Source: Alloascoidea hylecoeti (Eukaryota). Taken from it: DNA of 54,428 bases. The translations under genes and the position numbers were made by a program. This document shows positions 35,092 through 46,890 of this stretch, piece after piece (the first letter of the stretch is position 1; each line of letters begins with the position of its first letter). Below the pieces are notes generated by a model. The model saw nothing but the letters and a program-made list of their open reading frames with translations. It did no database searches and had not been told where the DNA came from. The stretch covers positions 171,942-226,369 of the forward strand of contig BCKZ01000001.1 of assembly GCA_001600815.1 (NCBI GenBank), given 5' to 3'.

Positions 35092-35713
35092 TTTATAATT
35101 TATATATGGGTTTAAGAAGTTACAGATAATAGTATAGTAGTTAGAAAAGAACAGAAAATCAGGCCAAAGTATCAAAATGTACAGAAAAACAAGGTAAAAA
35201 AGAAAAGAAGAAGTAAAAGAAATAAAAGACAAAATAAAAAAAAAGAGAGGTTTCTCTAAAAATTATTAAACCAAAAAAAATTAAATAAGAAAGGCAGAAT
35301 TACACACACATTTACAAATATTCTAAAAATATAAATAATATATTTTTAATAAACTGATGGAATTAACCATAAAATAGAAGAAATAACTTGAAAAAAGTAG
35401 AGATATTTAAATAATATCAATTCAAATGGGGAATATTTTCAGTATTGATCGACCAAAGTATATTCTATTATAATACACATGTTGTATTCGCCCAAGAATA
35501 ATAGAGAGATTTAGCGGAATATGCAATATTTGAGCGAAGATAATAAATATGCAAAGATCAGCTTTATCTGCAGCTGCACAGGTATAACTACATAACTCCA
35601 AAACTTCAGAACGGGTGGAATCATCCCATTTGGTCTCATTGGATGTCTCGTTGGATGTTGAACGTCCAACTGTATGGCTCCAGTATAATATTGTTATCGT
35701 GTCATGTAATGGA

Positions 35714-35980
35714 TTACTCATCCTCATCCTCCTCACTCACGTGTTCATCCATCTTTTCCGCTGTGCCTTGCATCTGATTGGTCAGAAAAGCATTGATGTC
35801 CCGTTGCAGCCCGACAACCTCCATTCTCAGCTGGCCCAATGCGGTGTTCTTGGCCGCCGGCTCGCCATCTCTGTCCTCCTTGCTACCCTCCGCAGGTCCA
35901 CGTGATCCATCGGCATGTGACTGAGGGATGGATATGGGGTTGGGTGTTTGTGGTGACCGATAGAGTGCAGTTAGTCCCAT
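35714..35980 (-). CDS. GON7: KEOPS/EKC complex subunit Gon7
   Basis: Small acidic protein with LTALYRSP, EDRDGEP and TALGQLR..VVGLQRDINAFLT..M, matching the Gon7 pattern. Confidence 0.8.
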   Translation of the reverse strand: MGLTALYRSPQTPNPISIPQSHADGSRGPAEGSKEDRDGEPAAKNTALGQLRMEVVGLQRDINAFLTNQMQGTAEKMDEHVSEEDEDE

Positions 35981-36129
35981 TATGAATTGTACTATTGCGA
36001 ATTGTTACTGGAAAGTTGAAGTGAGTTCAAATTTGATACCATCGTTCTGGTATTTACAATACAAGAGTACGTATCATCCCGCATATTCGTTTTTTTCCTG
36101 CCTTTTTTCTTGTCAAACAAAATAATAAA

Positions 36130-37479
36130 ATGTCACATCTAAATTTACAAGAAACTACAACTTCTTTTGCTGTTGCTGATGCTCCAATTGTCGAGTTTGT
36201 TTATGAATATGCTGAATATTTGGATTCCTTAAATTTAAACTCAACCGCTTCAACAAATTCTCATTTTTATACAAATGAATTTTCAAAATTTATCATTGGT
36301 GATAAAGAATTAAAGCAAGAATTATTTGATAAAATTATAAAATCAATTGATTATTTATTAATTAATGATAAAAATGTTCAGAAATTTGAATCAATTTTTA
36401 ATTCAATTTTTCATATTTTATCTTTTTCAAATGAAAAAATTGAATTTTATTTTCCATCAATTATAAAATCTTTAACAACTCAAACAAAATTAAATTCATC
36501 AATAAATTTGGTAATTTTAACAAATATGTTCAATTTAGTTACTTTTCAATCAAATTTTAAACGAATAATTTTAAATGAAATTTTATTAATTTTAGAAGAA
36601 TCAAAGAATAATTTAAATTTATTAATTTCATTAATTAAAACAAATAAATTAAATTCATTAATTGATAGTTTTTATAATGATAAATTAAATGAAAATGAAA
36701 AAAATGAAGAAAAATTGAAATTATATTTTAGAATTTCAAATTTAATTAAAGATTTAAATCCAAAACTTTCACTAAATTTCTTATTAAATGGTTTTAAAAC
36801 AATAACTACAACAAAATTAACAGATTTATTAAAACAATTAACATTTGATTTAATTTTATTAACAATTAAAAGTGATTTTATTTATGATTTTCAAGATTTA
36901 TTATCATTAAAATTAACAAAACTTTTTCAAAAAAGTTTAAATGAAGATAAAGATGATATAAAATTATTTAATTTATTATCAGTTTTAACAAGTTCTAATT
37001 ATGAATCATATATTAATTATATTATAAATGAAGAGAATATATTTTTTTTAAAAGAATTTGATATTAATCAAACGGAATTAACAAATAAAATGAAATCAAT
37101 TACATTAACAAAATTCTTTTCTGATAAATTTTATAAAGAAGAAATTAAATTAATTAAATATAATGATATTTTATTAAATTTCAATCCAAATGTTAAAAAT
37201 TATAGTAAAACAAATAAAAAATTTAAAGATGTTAAACTTGATATCGAAATTGATGAAATTGATAGATTAATTATTACTTTAATTGGAAATGGTTTAGTTC
37301 AAGGAAGATTAAATCAAATTGATTCTGAATTTGAAATTCATACTGTATCATATTTAAAACCAAATCTTGATATTAATGATTGGATTTTAATTAATAAAAA
37401 AATTGAATCTTTTAAAACTAATTTAAATGATATTTCTACTATCTTGGAAGATGATAATATTAATAATAAAAATAATTAA
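36130..37479 (+). CDS. eIF3 subunit M (PCI domain)
   Basis: FESIFNSIFHIL, LVILTNMFNL, KMKSITL and PCI tail I.RLIITLIGNGLVQGRLNQ...F.IHTVSY....DW..I...I..FK.NL. Confidence 0.75.
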   Translation: MSHLNLQETTTSFAVADAPIVEFVYEYAEYLDSLNLNSTASTNSHFYTNEFSKFIIGDKELKQELFDKIIKSIDYLLINDKNVQKFESIFNSIFHILSFSNEKIEFYFPSIIKSLTTQTKLNSSINLVILTNMFNLVTFQSNFKRIILNEILLILEESKNNLNLLISLIKTNKLNSLIDSFYNDKLNENEKNEEKLKLYFRISNLIKDLNPKLSLNFLLNGFKTITTTKLTDLLKQLTFDLILLTIKSDFIYDFQDLLSLKLTKLFQKSLNEDKDDIKLFNLLSVLTSSNYESYINYIINEENIFFLKEFDINQTELTNKMKSITLTKFFSDKFYKEEIKLIKYNDILLNFNPNVKNYSKTNKKFKDVKLDIEIDEIDRLIITLIGNGLVQGRLNQIDSEFEIHTVSYLKPNLDINDWILINKKIESFKTNLNDISTILEDDNINNKNN

Positions 37480-38868
37480 ACACCCCAATATTTATTTTAT
37501 TATGTTGCAATTGATTAATTTAATTTGGGTTATCTTTGCTTTTGGTTCTTGAAAACTTGCTAATAATTAATGTTATGTTACTATACTATATTATACTATA
37601 ATACACCAAAATACATATATAAATACTACAATTATATCATGTTATATACAACTAAAATTATAAATTTAAGATAAATATTTCATGATTTTGATGATCATCT
37701 ACAAATTTATATAATTATAATAACCCCATGTTATTAATTAATTTTAAGAATACCTTTGAATGTTAAAAAACTTATATTAATTGATATATTCGCGATATTT
37801 ATTAATTATAAATTATATTAGAAAGTTTTCTTAATAAATTTAATTTTTAACTTTTAATTTTTAATTTTTATTGTTTACTCGCTGTTTTATTGCTACTATA
37901 TCATCGTTAATTAACGTTCCTTGGATCCAGAATTCCACTCGCTAGCTAGTGGCAAAATAATCGGTCAGTCAAATTTCATTTTTCAAATTTTCAAATTTTA
38001 ATCTCCTATTAATAAACAGATAAGCCACCATGGTACTTATAATTAATTAAAACATCCCAAGTCAAGACTTTCATCTAGATCTATAGCCTTATGCATCGAT
38101 ATCTAACCATTGGACGATAAACAACGTGCTCTTGTTTTGTATTTCATAATATTCTTTTACGTATACCCTATCTTTTCTAATATACATATACTTACTAGTT
38201 TCTAATGATGAATTGGGGCTAGAATTAAACAATTGTTCCGGCAGTGAAAGAATAATTCTAGTCTGAGTTTCCTCGGAAAGTTTATTCAGATAAACTGAAA
38301 ACTCTTAAGATTATAGTGCATCTAGAGAGTACAACAGTGATGCATAAGCTGTGGTCTTTTTTTCCTTCAACAACGGCTTGCGAACGGATATTCAAAAATC
38401 AAAGATGTGATACATAAAAATTACTCTCTTGTTAATAGACCATCACTTACCACAATGTCAGATAAACCTCAATTGAAAGCGGTAACATTGAGTCACTATT
38501 TACGCGTAGCTTCAGGAACTGCTCTTAGTCTAGATCTCTTAAAGTGCCAGTTAGAACCAGTTGTTCCTAAAAGTCGCGCGACCTCTTGATCACCAAGAGT
38601 ATCATATTTAACATAATTTTGCTTGACGATTTTGCCATAATACTGTAATTATAAAACTTAAATTTAAATGATTTCGAATCCATTGTTGCTAATTAACTAT
38701 GGGTAATAATTATATAATGGTTAATTACAACATTATAAATATACCATATATATTATAAAAAATAAAAAAATATCTTATATCATATACCGGTATAGGTTAT
38801 GATTATAGCTAGCTATAGCCTTTGATCATTACCTTCTTCATTAGTATTATTATTAATACAATAAAAGA

Positions 38869-40143
38869 ATGATTAAGACTCTTTGGTTATTTCTCTTCAT
38901 AACTAATACTTTATGTTTCCAAAGTCAAAGGAAGTATGACTTACCAACAATTCCAATTGAAATTGGTCCTCCACCCTCAACTTTTGTACCCTATATTGAC
39001 TTTGCAATAACCTTACAATACTATTTTAGACAACTCTGCAAATGATAAAAGAATTTGTGATGAAATTACAATTTCATGTATCTGATACATCAAAAACAGA
39101 TAAGACTGGGATAGTTAAAGATAGGATTGTTACGAGATTCGGAAATCATTTAACAAATGGTAATATTAATATTATGATTGAACAGTCCAACAATGCTTCA
39201 AATTCTTATGGTAAAGGAGAAGATTATCATATGAGAAAGTATTTTTCGGAAGCTCTGAAAATGACAAAAATTAAAAATAGTTCATATTATAATAGTGTTT
39301 GTGTTTGAAAACACCAAATTTCACTGGACCAATAACTTTTGGGGGTGATAAAGGGAAATTATCTTTCAAAATTTCGATCGATTAATAGTGATTTCGTAGG
39401 GATGATCAATACGTAGTATCCAATCTTTATGACCTAAAAAGAGGAAGTCAATTTTGAAATTGATTCTATTCCTTCAAATTCTTCCAAAAAAAGAATCAAT
39501 TTATTAAACGAAAAGAATTTAAGGGTTAGTTTTGGAGATTCAAATTATTTTCATTTTCTAAATAACATTTTGAATAAGATTTTAAATAATTATGAAAATC
39601 TAACAAGGGATGAAAATGGTGAATATATTGTTGATTGTGAATCTTATAAATCATTAACAGGCAATATTACTATTAACTTTGGTGGTAAGAGAAAATTGAT
39701 GATTATTCCAAGAAATGATTTTATGATTCATCCTTATAAGAATGATACTAATATTTGCTCCTTACCAATGCTTCGATTGATGAAATTGATGATGTTTCTT
39801 CTACTTTATGTAATGAAGTGGATTCTATGTTGCATACTGGTTTTATATTGTTTATAACTACAACGTTAGATGGCATAATTTTTTCAGCTGGGCAGAAATT
39901 GACCATGAACATGAAGATGAATCATTTAATTCAGATGATTTTAAATTATTTAGTGAATGTTGGTTCGTTGTAATTTTTATATGGCTGTTTATGATTTTCT
40001 TGGGTCTTATGTATATGTTATGCTTTGGCAAACGGTGTTCCAGTAAAGATAAATTTGGTGAGCTCGAGGAAGATATCAATGAAGAGGAACTGCTGATGTA
40101 TGAGCTGAACGATCCAAATCCCATACCTCTTAACGAAAATTAA
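38869..40143 (+). pseudogene. Decayed pepsin-family (A1) aspartic protease with signal peptide and C-terminal TM anchor
   Basis: Fragments in the correct order: signal MIKTLWLFLF, IEIGPPPSTFVPYID, GIVKDRI, GEYIVDC...ITINFGG...IIPRNDF...C, then TM CWFVVIFIWLFMIFLGLMYMLC and an acidic tail to TAA at 40143. Multiple stops and frameshifts. Confidence 0.7.
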
Positions 40144-41631
40144 CGTGTATACTCTTAAAACTAGTAAAAAGTAGTAATAAAAGATCTTTACCTAATCATG
40201 ATAGTATTTATTTTGGAGGTTATGAAGATCTTAAGGGAACAGATAAATCAGAACTTGAACTAAACACTAAATTTTATTATTATGTAAGTAATGGGGACCT
40301 TGGACGGATTGTGTTGATTAAAATATATGGGAATCTTTGATTCACATAATTATGCTTTAGATCAAGTGAAAATAAATTCATTTACGTAGAAACGAAAATA
40401 TCTGAAGTTATTGACATACTTCCTTAAAAAACTACATTTGTAGCTATTTTAGCAGGTGGTAAAAGAATGTTGATATTCTCTATATCTGAAATTTTCCCAG
40501 AAGGTTTATTCAACAACTGCAGCTGTCATAGGAAAGACTATTATACTTAGGAATATTAATAACACTGCCAGTTTAGGCTCCTGTAATTATCCTACAGTTC
40601 AAGAATGATCTTGAATACTCTAGTAAACGTATTCTGGGCGCATCTATCAAACATTCAGAAGCAAAAAATTAAGTTGTAACGTAACATTAATTACCCACCT
40701 TGGACATCTAAGTAATTATTATCCTATTGCTATACCGAAAGAATTACACCTGTAATTGAGTCTTCATCCAGCTCATTCATACCTTTGACGAAAACAACCA
40801 TTTAAAATTACTCTGATATTTCCAAATAATGTGTTTGGTGGGTCTCGTATCTTTCTTAGCGTTCTATTCTATCAACCATAATATCTTCTATACTTTGCAT
40901 GATTGATGATCTCCTGCCAAAAGACAAAATGACCACTTAAACTTAGCTAGAGCGATATAACTTTTTATATGATTATGTAACTTAGAACTTAGGATGAAGG
41001 TTTAAACTTTATAAATTAATAAAATTTTTTAGCTTCTAAAATTAATTTAAGGTGTTATAACTTATCACATTTTAAAGCCGATTTAATTATGGTCATGATC
41101 AGATTTTCGGAGGATCTACGATGAACACTAAATTATAGGCCCTCGGGAAAGGTAAAATGCTCTATATTGATTAATTAAATATTATAATGGTTAAGTGATC
41201 TTGCATAAGGAACAAGGTCTACATTTCTATTATCTATTTTTAATTCTTAATTAACTATTCTTTCATTATATTTTATATCAATTCGTTATATAACATTAAA
41301 CTTCAATATAAATGAAATAAGATTGGACCCTATAAGCCTTATATAAAATTTGAAAACACAACCTCTTAAACTTGAGCGCTTATAATCAAATGCAATATCT
41401 TAAATGAGATAGAAAAGAAATAAAGGATGAACTTGGTTATAATGATAATTAGGTGATAATTGGGGTGAGTGTTAAGAGTGGTGAAAGTTTAACTTGATCC
41501 AAATGATTCGTATTTTTTCAAAAAGGAGAAGTTTTTTTCTTAATGGTATGGTTAATTACTAATACAAACGACAAAAAAATTGATAAAAATTTAATAAACT
41601 TATAAATGATAATTTATATTATTATACATAT

Positions 41632-42948
41632 TCAACAACCAAATTGTCTTTCTAATTGCATAAATTGTAATAAATCATTTAATCTTTCAATTTCTTTTTG
41701 TTTAAGCCAACTTTCAAGCATTAATTTATGATTTTTTTCAATTAATAAATCATTTTGTTTTTGTTTTTGTTTTTTAGAATTTAAATTTAAATTTGGATTT
41801 GGATTTGAATTTGAATTGTATTTTAAATTAAAATTCAGAAGTTCTTTATCTTTTTTGAATAATAATTTTTGATATTTTGTATGTCGTTTAATTGATTTTG
41901 AAACTTTATTTTCTATTGATTTAATTTCATTATTGTTTAATTCATATGAATCTTCGAGATCTGAAAATGATGAATCTTCTTCAAGTTCATCAATTATTTC
42001 CGATTGATTTGAAGAATGAGAATGAGAATGTGAATGTGAATGATGTAAATTTGGTTCTGATTGTGATTTTGAATCATCTTCAAATAACCGGTGGTGATGT
42101 TTTATTCTATTTAATGGAGATTCTGATTGTTGTGGATTTATAATATCATCATATTCGTTTTCTTCATTTTCTTCTATTAACATATTATTTCTAAGAAAAT
42201 CTTCTTCTTCAATTAATGGTATTTCAGGATTATCACAAACAAATAAATAAACAGGCGCTTCTTCTTCTTTACCATCATTAGTTTTAAATTTGAAAAGTAC
42301 CGGATCAGGTAATTCAATATCTTCTTTACTTATATTATTTAAAATATCCATTGCTGTTGAATTTTTACCATTAAAATGAATAGGGGTTGAACCAATATTT
42401 TGAAATTGTCTCTTAACGCCTTTCTTTTTACCTGTTAGGAAAGGAGTTATGGGTGTTGAAGGAGGTCTTTTTAAACTTATGGATTGATCACTTTTATTTT
42501 CATTTTCATTTTCATTTGTTGTTCCTTCAACTAATTTCATAGATACAAATTTCTTAACTGGACTCGTTGTTGCTGTTATTGTGTTTGTAAGATCTCCATT
42601 ATCTTTAACATTAATATTATCGGTACTATAGTTATTTAATCCTAATAGAGATGTATTAACAGGAGCAAATTGCTTCATTATCATACTTTGTTGAAATGAT
42701 TTTGAAGGAGACATTGCAAATAATGCTTTTTTATTAGTATCTGCGCCTGTTCCAAGAGCATTTAAAAGATTAGTCCGTGATATTGTTCCAAATGATGGAG
42801 TTGCTGAATATCCTTGAGCTGGAGTTTTTAAAAAATCATTTACATTCCAATCATTATTGATCTCATTTATTGAATCCGATTTTGACTGTGATTTATGGGT
42901 ATTAAAGGGTGTAGTCGCGAGTTTGGAGGACTCAGTTTCCGTTTGCAT
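41632..42948 (-). CDS. Uncharacterised protein rich in S/T-P sites with a C-terminal coiled coil
   Basis: Long ORF with host-like codon usage; first ATG (MQTET) at 42948; no family recognised. Confidence 0.7.
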   Translation of the reverse strand: MQTETESSKLATTPFNTHKSQSKSDSINEINNDWNVNDFLKTPAQGYSATPSFGTISRTNLLNALGTGADTNKKALFAMSPSKSFQQSMIMKQFAPVNTSLLGLNNYSTDNINVKDNGDLTNTITATTSPVKKFVSMKLVEGTTNENENENKSDQSISLKRPPSTPITPFLTGKKKGVKRQFQNIGSTPIHFNGKNSTAMDILNNISKEDIELPDPVLFKFKTNDGKEEEAPVYLFVCDNPEIPLIEEEDFLRNNMLIEENEENEYDDIINPQQSESPLNRIKHHHRLFEDDSKSQSEPNLHHSHSHSHSHSSNQSEIIDELEEDSSFSDLEDSYELNNNEIKSIENKVSKSIKRHTKYQKLLFKKDKELLNFNLKYNSNSNPNPNLNLNSKKQKQKQNDLLIEKNHKLMLESWLKQKEIERLNDLLQFMQLERQFGC

Positions 42949-43091
42949 TCTTTTTATGTCCTTCTTTCTTTTACTTTTTGGTGTCTTTATAGATCTGTTA
43001 AATAAGGTGTAAAAAGAAAACAAATGCTAAAAATGATGATCTTACACCCATACACCGCTAATTAATTTTCCGAAAGAAGGTGATTAGTCTG

Positions 43092-43099
43092 CACGTGAC
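43092..43099. promoter_or_regulatory. Cbf1-type site CACGTGAC
   Basis: Matches the GTCACGTG consensus about 145 bp upstream of the ATG at 42948. Confidence 0.4.
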
Positions 43100-43744
43100 C
43101 CAAATCCCCTCCATCATCTTTAATTTTATTTCAGATGATATGATCTTATAAGATGGCTAATTAATGACAATAGTATTATACTCGAAACGATTTCTCTTCT
43201 TATATTTAACCATAACTAGTAATATTCCATCGTTCAATATAATATTATAAGACCATATGCATAATTATAGTGAATATGATTGAGAATGAAAGTGAAGAAT
43301 CGAAATCCAAGAAGTGAATATTATTCATTTAAAATCTATTGAATATATATCTCTTAACTGGTCGGACCATATTAAATTAATTAGGGATTTGCAGACTTTG
43401 TGGCGATGATCCTGTTCTTGGGACGTTGATAAATCAAACATTGCAAACAGAAAGGTTGGTTTAAAGGAAGAGAATTAAGAGCAATAATAATATTGTTATC
43501 TCAAATCTAGATTGCTTTATTAAGAATGGTTTTATATTTATATCTTTATATATATATATATATAGTCATTTAGAAAGATAGAACACAATACTTGTCTTGC
43601 AGAACCATGAGTTAATCATTCACTTAAGCTTAAAGAAAGAATTCATTAATTATAACATTCCATTCCCACTAGCATAAATTCTCCATATCATATCCCTATC
43701 CATCTTTTAATATTTTTCCAATGGTGAGTTTGGAATCTGGATCA

Positions 43745-44490
43745 CTTATTCTTTCAACAGATAATACAACCCGTATATGATCTACAGGTTTTCTTTGATT
43801 GCTTCTACTGTGTCAGATATATTGTACAAAATCCATAAAGTATCCGTAGAATAACTGGAAATACATGATCAAATATTGATTTGAAGCAGGAGTCAGGACT
43901 CATACTAGACATTAATATAATCAGTATATGAATAGATAAGACTTTCCTTTAATAAATAAAAATTCTGTTATCTCAATATTTGATATTCGTTTCGGTATAT
44001 TGAATTTCTATTTATAAATGTATCAAAGGAAGTAGAGAATTTCCATAACATGATTAAATGCAATATCATTTTTTCCTCATACTAAGTTTCTACCTTGATA
44101 ACTAGGTTTCATCACTTATGCTGTAGTTGTGATTACATTCACGGATCTAGATTTGAAAATAATATTTGTAGCCAATTGAATAGTGGCAGCTCTATAACTA
44201 TAAAAAACCATATAGTTGAGGATTTGAAGAGTCACAAAGATGATTAGAGATAAAATCAAAAATAGCATTGAAATTATGGAATATAAATATCTCAATCTCA
44301 GTTTAATCTAGAATTGGATTCAATTTATCAAAAGCAGTTGCATTGGGATTTCAGGTTAATGACACAAAGAGTCCGATATACGGAGAATTGCAAGAAAGCA
44401 ACAATAAATGATATAGTATATTCTAAAATGATGACCTTAAAGTCATTGTCTTCTAGTGGTAAAGATGGTGAACTGAAATTGAAGGTGTAG
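43745..44490 (+). pseudogene. Decayed WD40-repeat gene
   Basis: Fragments LILSTDNTTRI*S (W to stop), LKSHKDD, LKLWNI and HWDFR...TINDIVYS....LSSSGKDGELKL. Confidence 0.55.
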
Positions 44491-45020
44491 CTGAAAGTTG
44501 ATATTTGAACAATTATTACTTTAAAAGGAGTTGGAGTTCAGCCCGTTGTTTAGAAGTGCGGCTGATATACAGCTTGCATGCATATGCAATATACTTTATT
44601 CCATATTAGGTTACTGCCAGGTCGCGACTTCCTTAATAGGTGCATTGCATGATGCTAATTACACAATGAAGTAGAAATTTTGAGGATGCTGGCTGCTGAC
44701 TCCTGTCGGCTGCTGCCGTGGTGTCACCAAGGAGCTGCACATAAAACAGCCTTAAAAATAATAATCAGTCAATTAACCAACCAACCTCCTCGATATTCTT
44801 ATAAAATCAACTTATTTTCCCACCATCTTTTTTTTTCCTTTCTTTATTATTTTTTATCCACCTTCTAAAGTCTATTTGTCCTAATCAATAAAAACCGAAG
44901 ACTATTGTTGGACTTGAACTCTAATAAACACTACCAAAAGTCAAGATTTAATTCATAAATTATTTAATCAAAAACAAGAATATTATTTTCCCTTGGACTT
45001 CACAAAAAATATAATCAAAA

Positions 45021-45518
45021 ATGGTCAGTCTTGTTCTTTCAATGAATGTTAAGAAACATACTTCTGTTAATATATATGTTTTATTCTTACGATTTATTCA
45101 ATTTTTCTTTGCTGGAATGATCATTGGTGTTTGTGCCTATTATATTAAAGTTTGTCGAAAATATCATCAAAGTATACCGATGGGAGTTAATTTCGCATTA
45201 GTTATTGGGGTTATTGCAATAGTTACATTATTTGCATATTTATTTGTTAATATTAGAAAAATGCATTCATTATTCTTTTGGGATATTGCAATGTTTGTAT
45301 TCTGGCTATTATCTTTCTTTTGGTTAAAAGATAAATTACATCCTGTTATGAAATGTAGTTGGAAACATGCAAATCCATTTACTGGTAACAATTGTCAACA
45401 ATTTCAAGCTGTTTTAGTTTTTGAAATAGTTTGTTGTGCTTTATGGGGATTGACTGCTATTTCTGGTTTCTTAATGTTTAGAAGTGCACAAAAGGAAGCT
45501 GTTGTTGTTACAAAATAA
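45021..45518 (+). CDS. MARVEL-domain four-TM membrane protein
   Basis: LRFIQFFFA start, four TM helices, WDIAMFVFWLLSF and a C...C.QFQA motif before the last TM. Confidence 0.8.
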   Translation: MVSLVLSMNVKKHTSVNIYVLFLRFIQFFFAGMIIGVCAYYIKVCRKYHQSIPMGVNFALVIGVIAIVTLFAYLFVNIRKMHSLFFWDIAMFVFWLLSFFWLKDKLHPVMKCSWKHANPFTGNNCQQFQAVLVFEIVCCALWGLTAISGFLMFRSAQKEAVVVTK

Positions 45519-46212
45519 TGAAATTTATTCAATATTATGTGACACTCTTCATTTCAGCTTGATAATATAATGTTTCTTCATGATTAAAACTTGGTATCTT
45601 CTGATTAGGGATGTTTAACTTGTCATCTTGTCTCATAACAAAACCATGTACCATAGTACAATATGAAATCAAAATGGAAATTAAAAGGTAAACTGGTAAT
45701 ATATAAAACTCAACAACAATATTTCATTAAGTGAAAAGAATAAACAATACTATAAACCTATAGTCTAAAAATTTCAGATTAAAGGATATATTTTTGTACA
45801 TCAGAGCATTTTGATTTTAATGATATTACCAAACCCGTTTTTATTTTTTTATTATTTTTTATCTTCTTTTATAAATTATACTAAGCTTCTTTTTATCATA
45901 CATTATTATATGATATGATATAATTTATTTAAAATTGAATTACGAGTGTTTAGTTTTATAATAAAGCCTTTGATTTTATGAATTTTTGGGATCTTTTATA
46001 AATGTTTTTACAGTGCTAAATTTAAACTTGTTTTTGTTTCATCTCCATGTCACGATATGCAATTAATATTACCTAAATCATTATAATATTATACAGAAAC
46101 TGCATAAATAATAAACATCGATATAATTTATTGTTACAAAGCTTATGAAGTAAGCAGTAAACAACTGCTATTAGAATATGTAGAGATTAGAGATTTATTA
46201 AAAGAAAAAGAT

Positions 46213-46890
46213 GCGTAGATCCTCCTTCCAGGGGAAAGTAAAAAAATGCGACGTGTAAAACTTACTTTCTTTTTAATTAATATAATCAACCACTACTCAC
46301 CATCATGTCCTATTTTTAAATACCATCATCAAAAACAACCTTAATTCACAGTGTGAAAAGGATCATCAACGTTTGAAATTACATCGACTCACTTTTTTCC
46401 GGAGCTGAACCCTAAAGTGTCCTGTAACAATATTGTAAAAGACTTCAAGGTTCCCAGAATTTCCCTAAGGAAGTAGACTCGGTAGATTACATAAAGCTCC
46501 TCGAGGAGTTTAATAGAGCAAAACAAAAACTTTTGGGTTTCAAGATGCGATATTGGAACATACTGTGGACCAGACCTAGCTGCACTGTTGATAGGTCACT
46601 AATATTTATGATTGTTGAGAGTAAGATCTTATATATTCAGGTACGATTTGATCCAGCTTTAGGAAGTTCTAAACGCATATAAATAACAATGAATGGGTTT
46701 TAAGATATATCTGAAAAGATTGTTATCAAACTCATGCTCTCGATCCTTGTATATTCTTGGCAAAGGATAAATGACAGAAGTGGTTGTGACAAATATAAAC
46801 ACAAGCCGTGCAACATACGATATGAAAGAGACTTGGAAATGCAGGACTCGGTTCCAGTGAAACTTCCCTCTATTATTCTGTTGATTCCCC
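46213..46890 (+). mobile_element. Degenerate Fot1/pogo-type DNA transposon relic, copy 2
   Basis: Shares blocks with copy 1 (TGCGACG.GTAAAACTTAC, AGCTGAACCCT.AAGT, TAGCTGCACTGT.GATA, TGTGACAAATAT.AA..CAAGCCGT, GGTTCCAGTG). Encodes the HTH-like NPKVSCNNIVKDFKVPRISLRK. Confidence 0.65.

Noticed and set aside
44428..44494. Possible C/D-box snoRNA (ATGATGA...CTGA)
   Set aside because: No recognisable rRNA guide or terminal stem; better explained as a WD40 coding remnant.
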